From a virus (taxonomy: Duplodnaviria; Heunggongvirae; Uroviricota; Caudoviricetes): a stretch of DNA of 64,000 nucleotides. Every line of letters starts with the position of its first letter. The stretch's first letter is position 1. Of this stretch, positions 55,761 to 63,978 are shown piece after piece. The stretch lies in the IMG/VR virus record IMGVR_UViG_642973540_000001, one strand, 5' to 3'. The notes beneath the pieces were generated by a model that saw nothing but the letters and a program-made list of their open reading frames with translations, was not told where the DNA came from and ran no database searches. The position numbers and the translations under genes were made by a program.

Positions 55761-56858
55761 ATGTCTTCAACCGTATTCAACCATAAGAATGACGCATACC
55801 TTACCGCTTCATACCCTCTTTTCATGGGTCAGCCTCTGGCTATGTATGACTCAATGAACAAGATTTACCCTGAACTCTTTGACCTGTACAAACAGCAGAA
55901 AGCACAAGACTGGTCAGAGGATGAAGTGAACCTTGAGAACTCACGTATTGATTTCCAGACTGCTGCTAAGTCTGAGATTGAAGTGTGCATTGAGAACCTT
56001 CTGTGGCAGTGGGAAGCAGACTCCCGTGTTTCACGTAACATCATCACACTGCTTGCACCATTCATCAGTAACAATGAGTTTGCTGCTATGGTGACCAAAC
56101 AGACAGAGATTGAAAACCTCCATGCTCTGACCTATTCAGAGATTGTCCGTCAGTGTATCAGTGACCCTACTGAGATGATTAAACGTGTCATGGACAATCA
56201 GGCCGTTCTTGACCGCTCATCAACCATTGATGATGTTATGGCAGAGCTTGAGATTCTTGGTGCTAAGAAGCGTCTTGGCTATGAACTGGATGATGAACAT
56301 ATTCGTCAGACACTGATTAAGTTCATGGTGAGCATTCTGGCTCTGGAAGGTCTGGAGTTTATTGCAAGTTTCGCATGTACCTTTGCTCTGGCTCAACGTG
56401 GCTTGTTCATGGGTGTTGCACAGCTTGTTCAGAAAATCATGCTTGACGAAATCCTTCACTCTAAGATGGACTTCGCAGCACTTGACATTCTGCTGAAAGA
56501 CCCTGTTTGGTTCCAATCCTATCAGAACTGTAAAGGTGACGTTCAACGCATCCTTGATGAGGTGATGGAGAACGAATCCAATTGGGCTGATTATATTTTC
56601 AGCGAAGGTCGTTCAGTTGTTGGTCTGAACCCAACATTACTGAAAGAATGGGTTTACTATTCTGCTAAACCATTGTATGATTTCTTAAATCTGGATTACA
56701 ACTATCCAGTTGTTGTGAAGAACCCACTGCCGTACATGGACAAGTGGATGAACATTGATTCACAGCAGAATGCTAACCAAGAGCAGGATAACAGTCAGTA
56801 CCTGCTGAACACTATGGTTAACGATGACGAAGACGGAAAAGGCTTAGGAGCTTACTAA
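55761..56858 (+). CDS. nrdB: ribonucleotide reductase beta subunit
   Basis: 365 aa ferritin-like di-iron protein directly after nrdA. Confidence 0.9.
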   Translation: MSSTVFNHKNDAYLTASYPLFMGQPLAMYDSMNKIYPELFDLYKQQKAQDWSEDEVNLENSRIDFQTAAKSEIEVCIENLLWQWEADSRVSRNIITLLAPFISNNEFAAMVTKQTEIENLHALTYSEIVRQCISDPTEMIKRVMDNQAVLDRSSTIDDVMAELEILGAKKRLGYELDDEHIRQTLIKFMVSILALEGLEFIASFACTFALAQRGLFMGVAQLVQKIMLDEILHSKMDFAALDILLKDPVWFQSYQNCKGDVQRILDEVMENESNWADYIFSEGRSVVGLNPTLLKEWVYYSAKPLYDFLNLDYNYPVVVKNPLPYMDKWMNIDSQQNANQEQDNSQYLLNTMVNDDEDGKGLGAY

Positions 56859-57106
56859 TGAGTTTTATTGTTTATGGCAAAGATGCTTGCCCTAATTGTG
56901 ACAAGGCTGTTGCGATGCTGAATATGCGTGGTCAGCAGTTTGTAATGAAGAAACTTGATAAGGACTATCAGGTGCAGGAGCTGTGGGACGTAGCGGGTGA
57001 ACCTGTTCGTATGCTTCCATACATTGTGGAAGTTGATGAAGGTTCTGGTAATTTAATCAACAAGATTGGCTCTGTGGACAACCTGACCAAACGTCTGATG
57101 GAGTAA
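56858..57106 (+). CDS. glutaredoxin/NrdH-like redoxin (CPNC)
   Basis: MSFIVYGKDACPNCDKAV thioredoxin-fold N-terminus; coupled to nrdB. Confidence 0.75.
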   Translation: MSFIVYGKDACPNCDKAVAMLNMRGQQFVMKKLDKDYQVQELWDVAGEPVRMLPYIVEVDEGSGNLINKIGSVDNLTKRLME

Positions 57107-57124
57107 TCTTTCTCAGAGGTGTGA

Positions 57125-57343
57125 ATGGAAATTGCTTTCTTTCTGTGGCTTGTTGGTGTGGTTGTTTTGTCAGTGGTTGCTGGCATCTCAACCTTCTATA
57201 GCAATGTCAAGTATGGGTTGAAGAAGACCCATGTTGATTCCTCAGATGTAGTCTGCATTGCATTCTGGTACATTGTAGTTGTCATCTATGTGGTGAAGCT
57301 GGTCGCAAGCTGGCTTTACTTGCTAAGACGAAAAGGAAATTGA
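57125..57343 (+). CDS. small two-TM membrane protein
   Basis: hydrophobic helices. Confidence 0.45.
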   Translation: MEIAFFLWLVGVVVLSVVAGISTFYSNVKYGLKKTHVDSSDVVCIAFWYIVVVIYVVKLVASWLYLLRRKGN

Positions 57344-57621
57344 TAATGGGTAAGACGATTCGCCGTAAGAACTTGAAAGGTAAGGAAGACTGGTTCCAGC
57401 ATCCAGACCGTAAAGAAGGTCATGGTCATGCTGTGTATCATGGTGATAAACTGAAACGCATGAGTGGCATCTCTTCAGGTGTCAAAGAACGTCAGCATGA
57501 GATTCAACGCCAGACGAATCGTCAGCTATCCGCTAAGGCCATGATTGGTGAAGATGTCATTCCAGACAACACTGACCGTCATAGCAAGCGTTTATCAAAC
57601 CAGTGCTACACGTACTCGTAA
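57340..57621 (+). CDS. hypothetical basic protein
   Basis: ORF track. Confidence 0.45.
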   Translation: MIMGKTIRRKNLKGKEDWFQHPDRKEGHGHAVYHGDKLKRMSGISSGVKERQHEIQRQTNRQLSAKAMIGEDVIPDNTDRHSKRLSNQCYTYS

Positions 57622-57629
57622 CAACTCAA

Positions 57630-57652
57630 GGGACTCTTCGGAGTCCTTTTTT
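57630..57652 (+). terminator. terminator GGGACTC-TTCG-GAGTCC-TTTTTT (family copy 5)
   Basis: exact repeat. Confidence 0.8.
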
Positions 57653-57704
57653 ATTATATAAAACAGTAACTTAGAAATTAATTCAAAAACTTTTAAAATA
57701 GTTG

Positions 57705-57733
57705 TTGACCACCATAACCGATTTCTATACTAT
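57705..57733 (+). promoter_or_regulatory. sigma70-like promoter TTGACC-N17-TACTAT
   Basis: hexamers 50 nt upstream of 57785 gene. Confidence 0.45.
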
Positions 57734-57784
57734 TACTCACGTCAACAAGACATACGAAAATATAAACATTAAGGAAACCGAGAA

Positions 57785-58894
57785 ATGACTACTGAAAACG
57801 TTAACGCCGAAACCGAAGTTAAAGATGCAGCTACCACTCAGACTGATGCAAAAGCTGAAGCACTGCTGAAAGCTGAAGCCCTGAAAACTGCAATCACTGA
57901 TGCTGTAACCGCTCCTAACGGTGCAACCATTGACGAAATCGTTGCATCTGCACAGGCAACTCAGAAAGCAATCAAACCTGTTCTGGCTGGTCTGGTTGAA
58001 GATGGTGTTATTGGTATCGCCAAAGGTGTTACCCGCGCTGCTGATAAGGGTGACGGTAAAGTCGGTAAAGCACAGCCTGTCTACATCGACATCGCACGTG
58101 TCAATACCTTCCTGACCTTCCCTGAACTGCCGCAGGTTGTTACTCAGAAACTTGGTAGCATCCTGAAACTGCGTCCAGCAGTAAACCAGCGTGAGACTGA
58201 ATCACGTCTGAAGAAAGAGCACTTGAACGGTGTTGCATCTGCTACTCAGCACGTCTTCCGTATCGGTGTATACGATGACAAGACCGCTGTAATTCTGGAT
58301 GGTAACAGCCGTATTGCAGCTTACAAAGCTGGCAACCTGTTCTTCGAGAACGATGATGAGACTCCAGTAATTCTGGAAATCTACAAACTTCGTGACGTTG
58401 AACACGAAAAAGAACTTTACCATGAGTTTGACTCCACCTTCTCTGTGATGTCTTCTCGTGACTTGGACTTCCAAGCGAAAGCTGAACTGGACACCTCAGC
58501 AGCGCCAATCAGTAAGACTATGACGAAATCTATCAAGTCTGCTGTGTCTTACGCAACTGGTAAGGCTGTGAAGGTCGGTGTAGGTATCTACGATGATGTC
58601 AAAGATGAGATTTTCTTCCTTGACGGCATCCTGAAAAACTACGAGCCAGAGAAAGCAATTGACGGTGCAATCCTGAGCGCGATGCTGAAGCTGACCAAAG
58701 AGAAGGGTATCGAAGACCCAATGGAAGACTTTATCGGTGATGTTCTGCTGTCACTGACTGAAGGTCAGGGTGTTCTGGTCAAACCTGAAGCAACACTGGC
58801 TGCTGTACTGCGTGTTAACACTAACCGCACTTACGGTTCAGCACGTGCAACCACCATCTTTGATGCAATGGTTGAAGATTTCGAAGCACGTTAA
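57785..58894 (+). CDS. hypothetical protein with Ala/Thr/Lys-rich N-terminus and ParB/Srx-like motif (VILDGNSRIAAY)
   Basis: own promoter and flanking terminators (monocistronic); DGxxR motif. Confidence 0.55.
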   Translation: MTTENVNAETEVKDAATTQTDAKAEALLKAEALKTAITDAVTAPNGATIDEIVASAQATQKAIKPVLAGLVEDGVIGIAKGVTRAADKGDGKVGKAQPVYIDIARVNTFLTFPELPQVVTQKLGSILKLRPAVNQRETESRLKKEHLNGVASATQHVFRIGVYDDKTAVILDGNSRIAAYKAGNLFFENDDETPVILEIYKLRDVEHEKELYHEFDSTFSVMSSRDLDFQAKAELDTSAAPISKTMTKSIKSAVSYATGKAVKVGVGIYDDVKDEIFFLDGILKNYEPEKAIDGAILSAMLKLTKEKGIEDPMEDFIGDVLLSLTEGQGVLVKPEATLAAVLRVNTNRTYGSARATTIFDAMVEDFEAR

Positions 58895-58912
58895 TCTGTA
58901 ACTAATCCAATC

Positions 58913-58935
58913 GGGACTCTTCGGAGTCCCTTTTT
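58913..58935 (+). terminator. terminator GGGACTC-TTCG-GAGTCCC-TTTTT (family copy 6)
   Basis: exact repeat. Confidence 0.8.
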
Positions 58936-58942
58936 ATTTGAG

Positions 58943-59209
58943 GTGTCTATGTCTCGTCAGTATCTGTTTTACAAACCACGTCAAAGTCTGTACTATGTAA
59001 TGTCAGGTGACGCCAAAATCAAAGGTGATGATGGTGAATGGCACAACGGTAAAGTCTATGTTGCAATTGATGGTTGCCAGTGCTATTGTCGTCCTGACAG
59101 TATGTTCGAAGAAGACAAATGGGAGTTTCTGACACATGAACAAGCAAGAGATTACTACCGTCGATATTACGGAGACCTCAACACCCCACGTGGTTCAAAT
59201 ATCATTTAA
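58943..59209 (+). CDS. hypothetical Cys-containing protein (88 aa)
   Basis: ORF track; overlapping alternative ORF 59136..59327 not resolved. Confidence 0.45.
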   Translation: MSMSRQYLFYKPRQSLYYVMSGDAKIKGDDGEWHNGKVYVAIDGCQCYCRPDSMFEEDKWEFLTHEQARDYYRRYYGDLNTPRGSNII

Positions 59210-59336
59210 GGGTGAAACGTGGTTTGAATATCTGGATGAGATGCGGGAAAGAACCTACATCAAGTTTGATTCAGAGAGTTCAGCACGAAGAGGTTTAAGA
59301 ATCTATTGCAATTCTCTCGCAGGTTAGTTAGTATGA

Positions 59337-59359
59337 GGACTCTTAATTGAGTCCTTTTT
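59337..59359 (+). terminator. terminator variant GGACTC-TTAATT-GAGTCC-TTTTT
   Basis: same stem as family, different loop. Confidence 0.7.
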
Positions 59360-59375
59360 CATTTCTGGAGATTGT

Positions 59376-59888
59376 ATGTACTCAGAAGCTGTAGCAGTAA
59401 TCATGACAGTTGTCAACCTTGACTTTCAAGACCGTGAAGACTTTCTGTTCAGTCATAAGTATGACCGTCAGAACTCTAACTGGATGAAACTGAACCACGA
59501 AGGGTTGACACGCAAAAAGATTATTGCACGTTACTTCCCACACTACACAGTTGACAATCTCTACGAACACTGCTTCTTCAAAAACTTCATCACAGTCATC
59601 AATGAAGAGTTTGGTTTAGAGAAGAATCACCAGTTCACTTTAGGTCATCACATCCCATTGAACAAGGGTGGTGCTCACCATGTAAGCAACTGGTTTATCC
59701 AGACGAAGAAGGATAACCAGATTCAGGGTGATAACTTACCAGACTGTCCACTGATGAGCTATGACGAACAAATTGATTACCTGTTCAATCATCTGTTGAA
59801 TCACTCAACAATCAACGGTATGCACAGTGAGAGGTTCATCAAGTACGCTTTAAAATACTCAGGAGTTTACAATGAAAGCAGTCTATAA
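59376..59888 (+). CDS. HNH endonuclease
   Basis: HHIPLNKGGAHHVSNWFIQTKKDN HNH motif. Confidence 0.7.
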   Translation: MYSEAVAVIMTVVNLDFQDREDFLFSHKYDRQNSNWMKLNHEGLTRKKIIARYFPHYTVDNLYEHCFFKNFITVINEEFGLEKNHQFTLGHHIPLNKGGAHHVSNWFIQTKKDNQIQGDNLPDCPLMSYDEQIDYLFNHLLNHSTINGMHSERFIKYALKYSGVYNESSL

Positions 59889-60168
59889 CTTTGTCTGTAA
59901 AGTCAATCCGTGGTGGTTCTTCAACAAAGAAGACCTGTCACCGAAACGCTGTCCAGATTGTCTGTCCAAAAGTTTTTACAGTGTTGCAAAAGACGTGTCA
60001 GATTATCTTCTTTTAGAAGCAGAATACCGTTGCAACTGTTGTGATAGTGTCGTACAGTATTGGTCATACGGGAACTTTGACCCCGCTTACCTTCCTCCGA
60101 AAGGACGTGAAGAACATCGTCAAAGACAAAATGAAATGATAACATTTGGAGAAGTCCCACATGATTAG
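59872..60168 (+). CDS. zinc-ribbon protein (CPDC...CNCC)
   Basis: two Cys pairs. Confidence 0.5.
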   Translation: MKAVYNFVCKVNPWWFFNKEDLSPKRCPDCLSKSFYSVAKDVSDYLLLEAEYRCNCCDSVVQYWSYGNFDPAYLPPKGREEHRQRQNEMITFGEVPHD

Positions 60169-61006
60169 TTTAGCTGTGAACCATCAGAACGTAGCTGTAT
60201 CACGAACCGTCTTCCCTGCTGGAGAGGTTGGAGTCAGCCTTGATGTTATGGGTCTGAAGAAAGCCTTGAACGGTAGCAATACGATTGAGGTTGCAATCCA
60301 CACTCAGGGTTATGAGCCGAACATGCTTATCACCATCATGCAGATTAAAGAGGCACTGAATCAGTTCTTCTTACCTTACATGGTGAAGCCTCGTTACATC
60401 CTCATGCTGGCCTACATGCCGTTCTCTCGCTATGACCGTCACATGTATCGCGGTGATGCTTTCGGTCTGAAGGTCTTTGCTCAGGTTATCAACAGCATGA
60501 ACTTTGACATGGTTGTTACTCTGGATGCACACAGTGACGTGACAGCCGCTGTAATCAACAACCTGTACAACATCCCTCAAGTGGATGCACTGATGACTCA
60601 CCGTTTCTTACGCGACTATGATGTAGTTGTCGCACCAGATGCAGGTGCAGAGAAGAAAGCAACCGCTGCTGCAAAAGCTATGCAGTGTGAGTTAGCGACT
60701 CTGGTCAAACATCGTAACGTGATGACTGGCGAAATCACTGGTATGGGTCTGTCAACTGGTATTGTCAAGAATCAGAATTGCCTGATTGTAGATGATTTGT
60801 GTGATGGTGGTGCTACGTTTGTACACGCTGCTGCAAAACTTTTCACTCTCGGTGCAAAATCTGTTGACTTGTATGTGACTCACGGAGTATTCTCTAAGGG
60901 TACTGAAGTTCTGCGAAATGCAGGGATTGAGAACATTTACACCACGAACTCCTTCGAACAGGAAGGTAACGGTGTCAACTTTGTCGGCTACGGCTCACTT
61001 ATTTAA
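60161..61006 (+). CDS. prs: ribose-phosphate pyrophosphokinase-like enzyme (Prs/ADPR-PP synthetase family)
   Basis: DAHSD and PRPP-binding LIVDDLCDGGATF motifs; ATG 60161 with GGAGAAG SD. Confidence 0.85.
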   Translation: MISLAVNHQNVAVSRTVFPAGEVGVSLDVMGLKKALNGSNTIEVAIHTQGYEPNMLITIMQIKEALNQFFLPYMVKPRYILMLAYMPFSRYDRHMYRGDAFGLKVFAQVINSMNFDMVVTLDAHSDVTAAVINNLYNIPQVDALMTHRFLRDYDVVVAPDAGAEKKATAAAKAMQCELATLVKHRNVMTGEITGMGLSTGIVKNQNCLIVDDLCDGGATFVHAAAKLFTLGAKSVDLYVTHGVFSKGTEVLRNAGIENIYTTNSFEQEGNGVNFVGYGSLI

Positions 61007-61019
61007 TAGGAAACTGAAC

Positions 61020-62849
61020 ATGAACAATACACTGATTGCCACCCTGATTTGCGATGCGTACAAGTCCGGTCATAAATTCCAATACCCTGCGGGGCTGGAT
61101 TCACTGTTCCTGAACATTACTCCACGTAATGCTAAGTATTTCCCAGGCGGCACAGACGTTGTTGCGAACTTCGGTTCAACTGCTTTCCGTGACACTTGGC
61201 TGGTCAAGTTCTGGAACGAGCATTTCTTTGACCTTCCAAAAGATGTTGTCATGGAAATTCATGAGATGTACATGGACGGTGTACTTGGTAAAGGTACTCT
61301 GACACATGACCACATCGCAGCACTGCATGACTTAGGCTACCTGCCAATCATTGTTCGTGCTTTACCGGAAGGGACTGTATCACCTGTCAAGGTTCCTGTG
61401 ATGACCATTGAAACGACTCACAAAGACTTTGCATGGGTTGGTGGTTACCTTGAAGACCTGTTCAGTTCTAACCTGTGGAAGGTTATGACCATTGCAACCA
61501 TCGCAATGAAGTATCGTGTTCTTCTGGAGCGTTTCGCTGAAGAAACTGGTGTTGATAAAGGCTTCGTTGATTATCAGGCTCATGACTTTGCCCTTCGTGG
61601 TATGTCAGGTGTTCATGATGACATTCAGCACAACATCGGTCATCTGGCATTCTTCAAAGGGACTGACTCATTCCCTGCGACTTGGGCTATCAAGCAGTTT
61701 TATGGTGATGTCAAGGTTAGTGACATTGCAGGTTCTGTTCCAGCAACTGAACACAGCGTTACCTGTGCAAACATTGCTGTTGAAGCAAGTCAAATGGTTC
61801 TGGCATCTGGTGAGTTAGGTGATGGTAATCCACAGTCGAAAGCAGCACTGCTGGCTAAAGCGGAACAGAATTTCTTCCACCGTCTGCTGACTGAGGTCTA
61901 TCCAACTGGTATTCTGTCAGTAGTTGGTGACACTAACAACTGGTATGATACAGTGACTACCAAAGTACGTGAATTGAAAGATGTCATCATGAAGCGTGAA
62001 GGTAAACTGGTTCTCCGTCCTGACTCTGGTATTCCAGAGCATATCGTGGCAGGTTACCGCTGCATCGAGATTGAGAACGCTAAGGCTGTCATTGCTGAAG
62101 AGTACAAGTCAGGCCGTCTTGGTTGGGCTTCAGTTCTGGAAAGCAACCTTGCTGACATCAAAGAGTTGACCATTGATAAGTTGACTGCAAATGATTGTCA
62201 GATTATCAAAAACGCTGGCTTTGAAGTGGTGGTCGATGCTGAAGACTTTGACGGTGCATACTGTGTCTTCCTTGATGAGAAGATTGCAAAACCATCTGTC
62301 AAGGTTGGTCGCTACGTTCAGATTGAGGTTCTGGAAGGTGCTGTAGAATCTCTGTGGAAAATCTTTGGTGGTGATGTCACAACTAAAGGCTACAAGGTTC
62401 TGGATGAGCATATCGGCCTGATTTACGGTGACTCAATCACTCTGGAACGTGCAGGGAACATCTTGCAACGACTGAAAGAGCGTGGATTCGCAAGCTGTAA
62501 CGTTGTGTTCGGTGTAGGTTCATTCACTTACCAGATGATTACACGTGACTCTCTCAGCTTTGCTATCAAGGCGACTGTGGCGACTGTGGACGGTATCAAC
62601 TACCCACTGTCAAAAGACCCAATCACCGATGACGGCACTAAGAAGTCTGCAACTGGTTACATCATCGTTCGTGATACCGGAACAGGTGAACCGCTGCACA
62701 TGGTTGATGGTCTGAGTCGTCAAGCATACGACAACCTGAACCAGCAAGGTTTGAATGAACTCCGTGTGATTTTTGCAGACGGTGAGTCAATCAACTACGA
62801 TGAGAACATTCTCACAATCCGTGACAAGTTCTTGAAAAACATGAAGTAA
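61020..62849 (+). CDS. nadV: nicotinamide phosphoribosyltransferase-like enzyme (NAMPT/NadV family)
   Basis: 609 aa, NAMPT-family sequence from MNNTLIATLICDAYKSGH; 14 nt after prs-like stop. Confidence 0.85.
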   Translation: MNNTLIATLICDAYKSGHKFQYPAGLDSLFLNITPRNAKYFPGGTDVVANFGSTAFRDTWLVKFWNEHFFDLPKDVVMEIHEMYMDGVLGKGTLTHDHIAALHDLGYLPIIVRALPEGTVSPVKVPVMTIETTHKDFAWVGGYLEDLFSSNLWKVMTIATIAMKYRVLLERFAEETGVDKGFVDYQAHDFALRGMSGVHDDIQHNIGHLAFFKGTDSFPATWAIKQFYGDVKVSDIAGSVPATEHSVTCANIAVEASQMVLASGELGDGNPQSKAALLAKAEQNFFHRLLTEVYPTGILSVVGDTNNWYDTVTTKVRELKDVIMKREGKLVLRPDSGIPEHIVAGYRCIEIENAKAVIAEEYKSGRLGWASVLESNLADIKELTIDKLTANDCQIIKNAGFEVVVDAEDFDGAYCVFLDEKIAKPSVKVGRYVQIEVLEGAVESLWKIFGGDVTTKGYKVLDEHIGLIYGDSITLERAGNILQRLKERGFASCNVVFGVGSFTYQMITRDSLSFAIKATVATVDGINYPLSKDPITDDGTKKSATGYIIVRDTGTGEPLHMVDGLSRQAYDNLNQQGLNELRVIFADGESINYDENILTIRDKFLKNMK

Positions 62850-62857
62850 TTTACAAA

Positions 62858-62880
62858 GGGACTCTTCGGAGTCCTTTTTT
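62858..62880 (+). terminator. terminator GGGACTC-TTCG-GAGTCC-TTTTTT (family copy 7)
   Basis: exact repeat. Confidence 0.8.
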
Positions 62881-62890
62881 ATTTTATGTG

Positions 62891-62920
62891 TTGACAACGC
62901 TATACCGAATCGCTTAAAGT
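62891..62920 (+). promoter_or_regulatory. promoter-like TTGACA-N17/18-TTAAAGT
   Basis: perfect -35, weak -10. Confidence 0.35.
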
Positions 62921-62960
62921 AATCACATCGAAACGAAACAACAACCACTGAGGAAATATC

Positions 62961-63422
62961 ATGAATCGTCGTATCACTGCTGTATCGAAAGACTTCTACA
63001 ATCGTCGTATGGGTGAACTGGTAAAGCAATTCCCTAACGTGTTCAACAAGTCTCTCCCTATGCCGCTGGCGATTGGTGTTCACAAAGTTCTTGCAGAGCA
63101 GACTGACTTCACTCGTAAAGAAATCAATGCGCTGCTTTCAGTATGGACTCGTCGTCATGAGTATGTCTGTGCAGCCGTCACTCACGGTTTCCGTGTAGAC
63201 CTTAACGGTGAGTTCGTTGAAGAAATCTCAGAAGAGCATCTGTATGGCTTCAGCCGTGCGTTTGACAATCTGACCAAAAAGCAGAAAGCTGGATTCACTC
63301 GTCGCTGGAACCGTGCTGATACCACTGACCAGTTTGTCTGTGAACCGTTTGAATGCTACGTTGAAGCAAAGGTTGAAGAGCCTGTGCAAACCGAAGAGGT
63401 ATGTCAAGAATGCCTGATTTAA
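62961..63422 (+). CDS. ProQ/FinO-domain RNA-binding protein homologue (153 aa) with C-terminal Cys-rich tail
   Basis: aligns with E. coli ProQ N-terminal domain: FPNVF..PLAIGV..L..W..YV..GFRVDLNGE; GAGGAAA SD. Confidence 0.75.
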   Translation: MNRRITAVSKDFYNRRMGELVKQFPNVFNKSLPMPLAIGVHKVLAEQTDFTRKEINALLSVWTRRHEYVCAAVTHGFRVDLNGEFVEEISEEHLYGFSRAFDNLTKKQKAGFTRRWNRADTTDQFVCEPFECYVEAKVEEPVQTEEVCQECLI

Positions 63423-63751
63423 AGATGCAGTCGTTCAATATCAATGCTCACTTCGTGATTGAAGAAGCGGAGATTGATAAGGCTATCGAAGCACTGGAAT
63501 TACTTGCAGAGCATCATAGCAACCGTTCAAGTTGGGAACCTTTATCTGAAGAATCAACGGTGACAATTGTCATCACGGTTAAGGGTTGTGAAGATACAAT
63601 GGCTTGGTCTCAGAAGCTGCAAAAGCAGTCAAGAGGAACCTTGAAAGCGTATCTGAAAGATGCCCGACAAAGAGATGGTATCAAGTTCGCAAGCACTTCA
63701 CGAATCCGTGGTCAGGTTGTGTTTGAACCATCAATAATTTTCTACTCATAA
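63401..63751 (+). CDS. hypothetical protein (start ambiguous: 63401/63410/63425)
   Basis: ORF track; overlaps ProQ-like stop. Confidence 0.4.
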   Translation: MSRMPDLKMQSFNINAHFVIEEAEIDKAIEALELLAEHHSNRSSWEPLSEESTVTIVITVKGCEDTMAWSQKLQKQSRGTLKAYLKDARQRDGIKFASTSRIRGQVVFEPSIIFYS

Positions 63752-63761
63752 GGTAAGGCGA

Positions 63762-63926
63762 ATGGACGTTCACACTGGTCTTAACATCTTACTGGTTCTG
63801 GTTATTGTGGGCGGTCTATTAGCTGCCAAGTACCGTGTAGACTCATGCTGTAAGCATTGTGATGGTACAGGCGTTAAAGATGGTTGTGTATGTCCATTCT
63901 GTCAAGGAACCGGAGAAGATGATTGA
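63762..63926 (+). CDS. 54-aa membrane-anchored DnaJ-type zinc-finger mini-protein (CxxCxGxG x2)
   Basis: AAGG SD; TM helix then CKHCDGTG...CPFCQGTG. Confidence 0.4.
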   Translation: MDVHTGLNILLVLVIVGGLLAAKYRVDSCCKHCDGTGVKDGCVCPFCQGTGEDD

Positions 63927-63959
63927 CAGTTAGCTGTCAACTATTTTAGAATACGTTTC

Positions 63960-63978
63960 GGGGAGGGCTTCTCCCCTT
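63960..63978 (+). terminator. hairpin GGGGAG-ggctt-CTCCCC (weak terminator, short T tail)
   Basis: GC stem, only TT after. Confidence 0.3.

Noticed and set aside
59136-59327. 63-aa ORF overlapping the end of the 58943..59209 gene
   Set aside because: It has a 74-nt out-of-frame overlap and no SD at its annotated start. At most a 28-aa C-terminal fragment (ATG 59238) could be independently translated. Left unresolved rather than called.
775-61020. N-terminal extensions in the ORF track that begin at TTG/GTG (775, 16661, 21749, 28924, 36514 to 37866, 39563, 44685, 50145, 52061, 60146, 60918)
   Set aside because: In each case a downstream ATG (or a GTG with a good SD) lies right after the upstream gene's stop and has a proper Shine-Dalgarno. 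The extensions overlap neighbouring genes or terminators.
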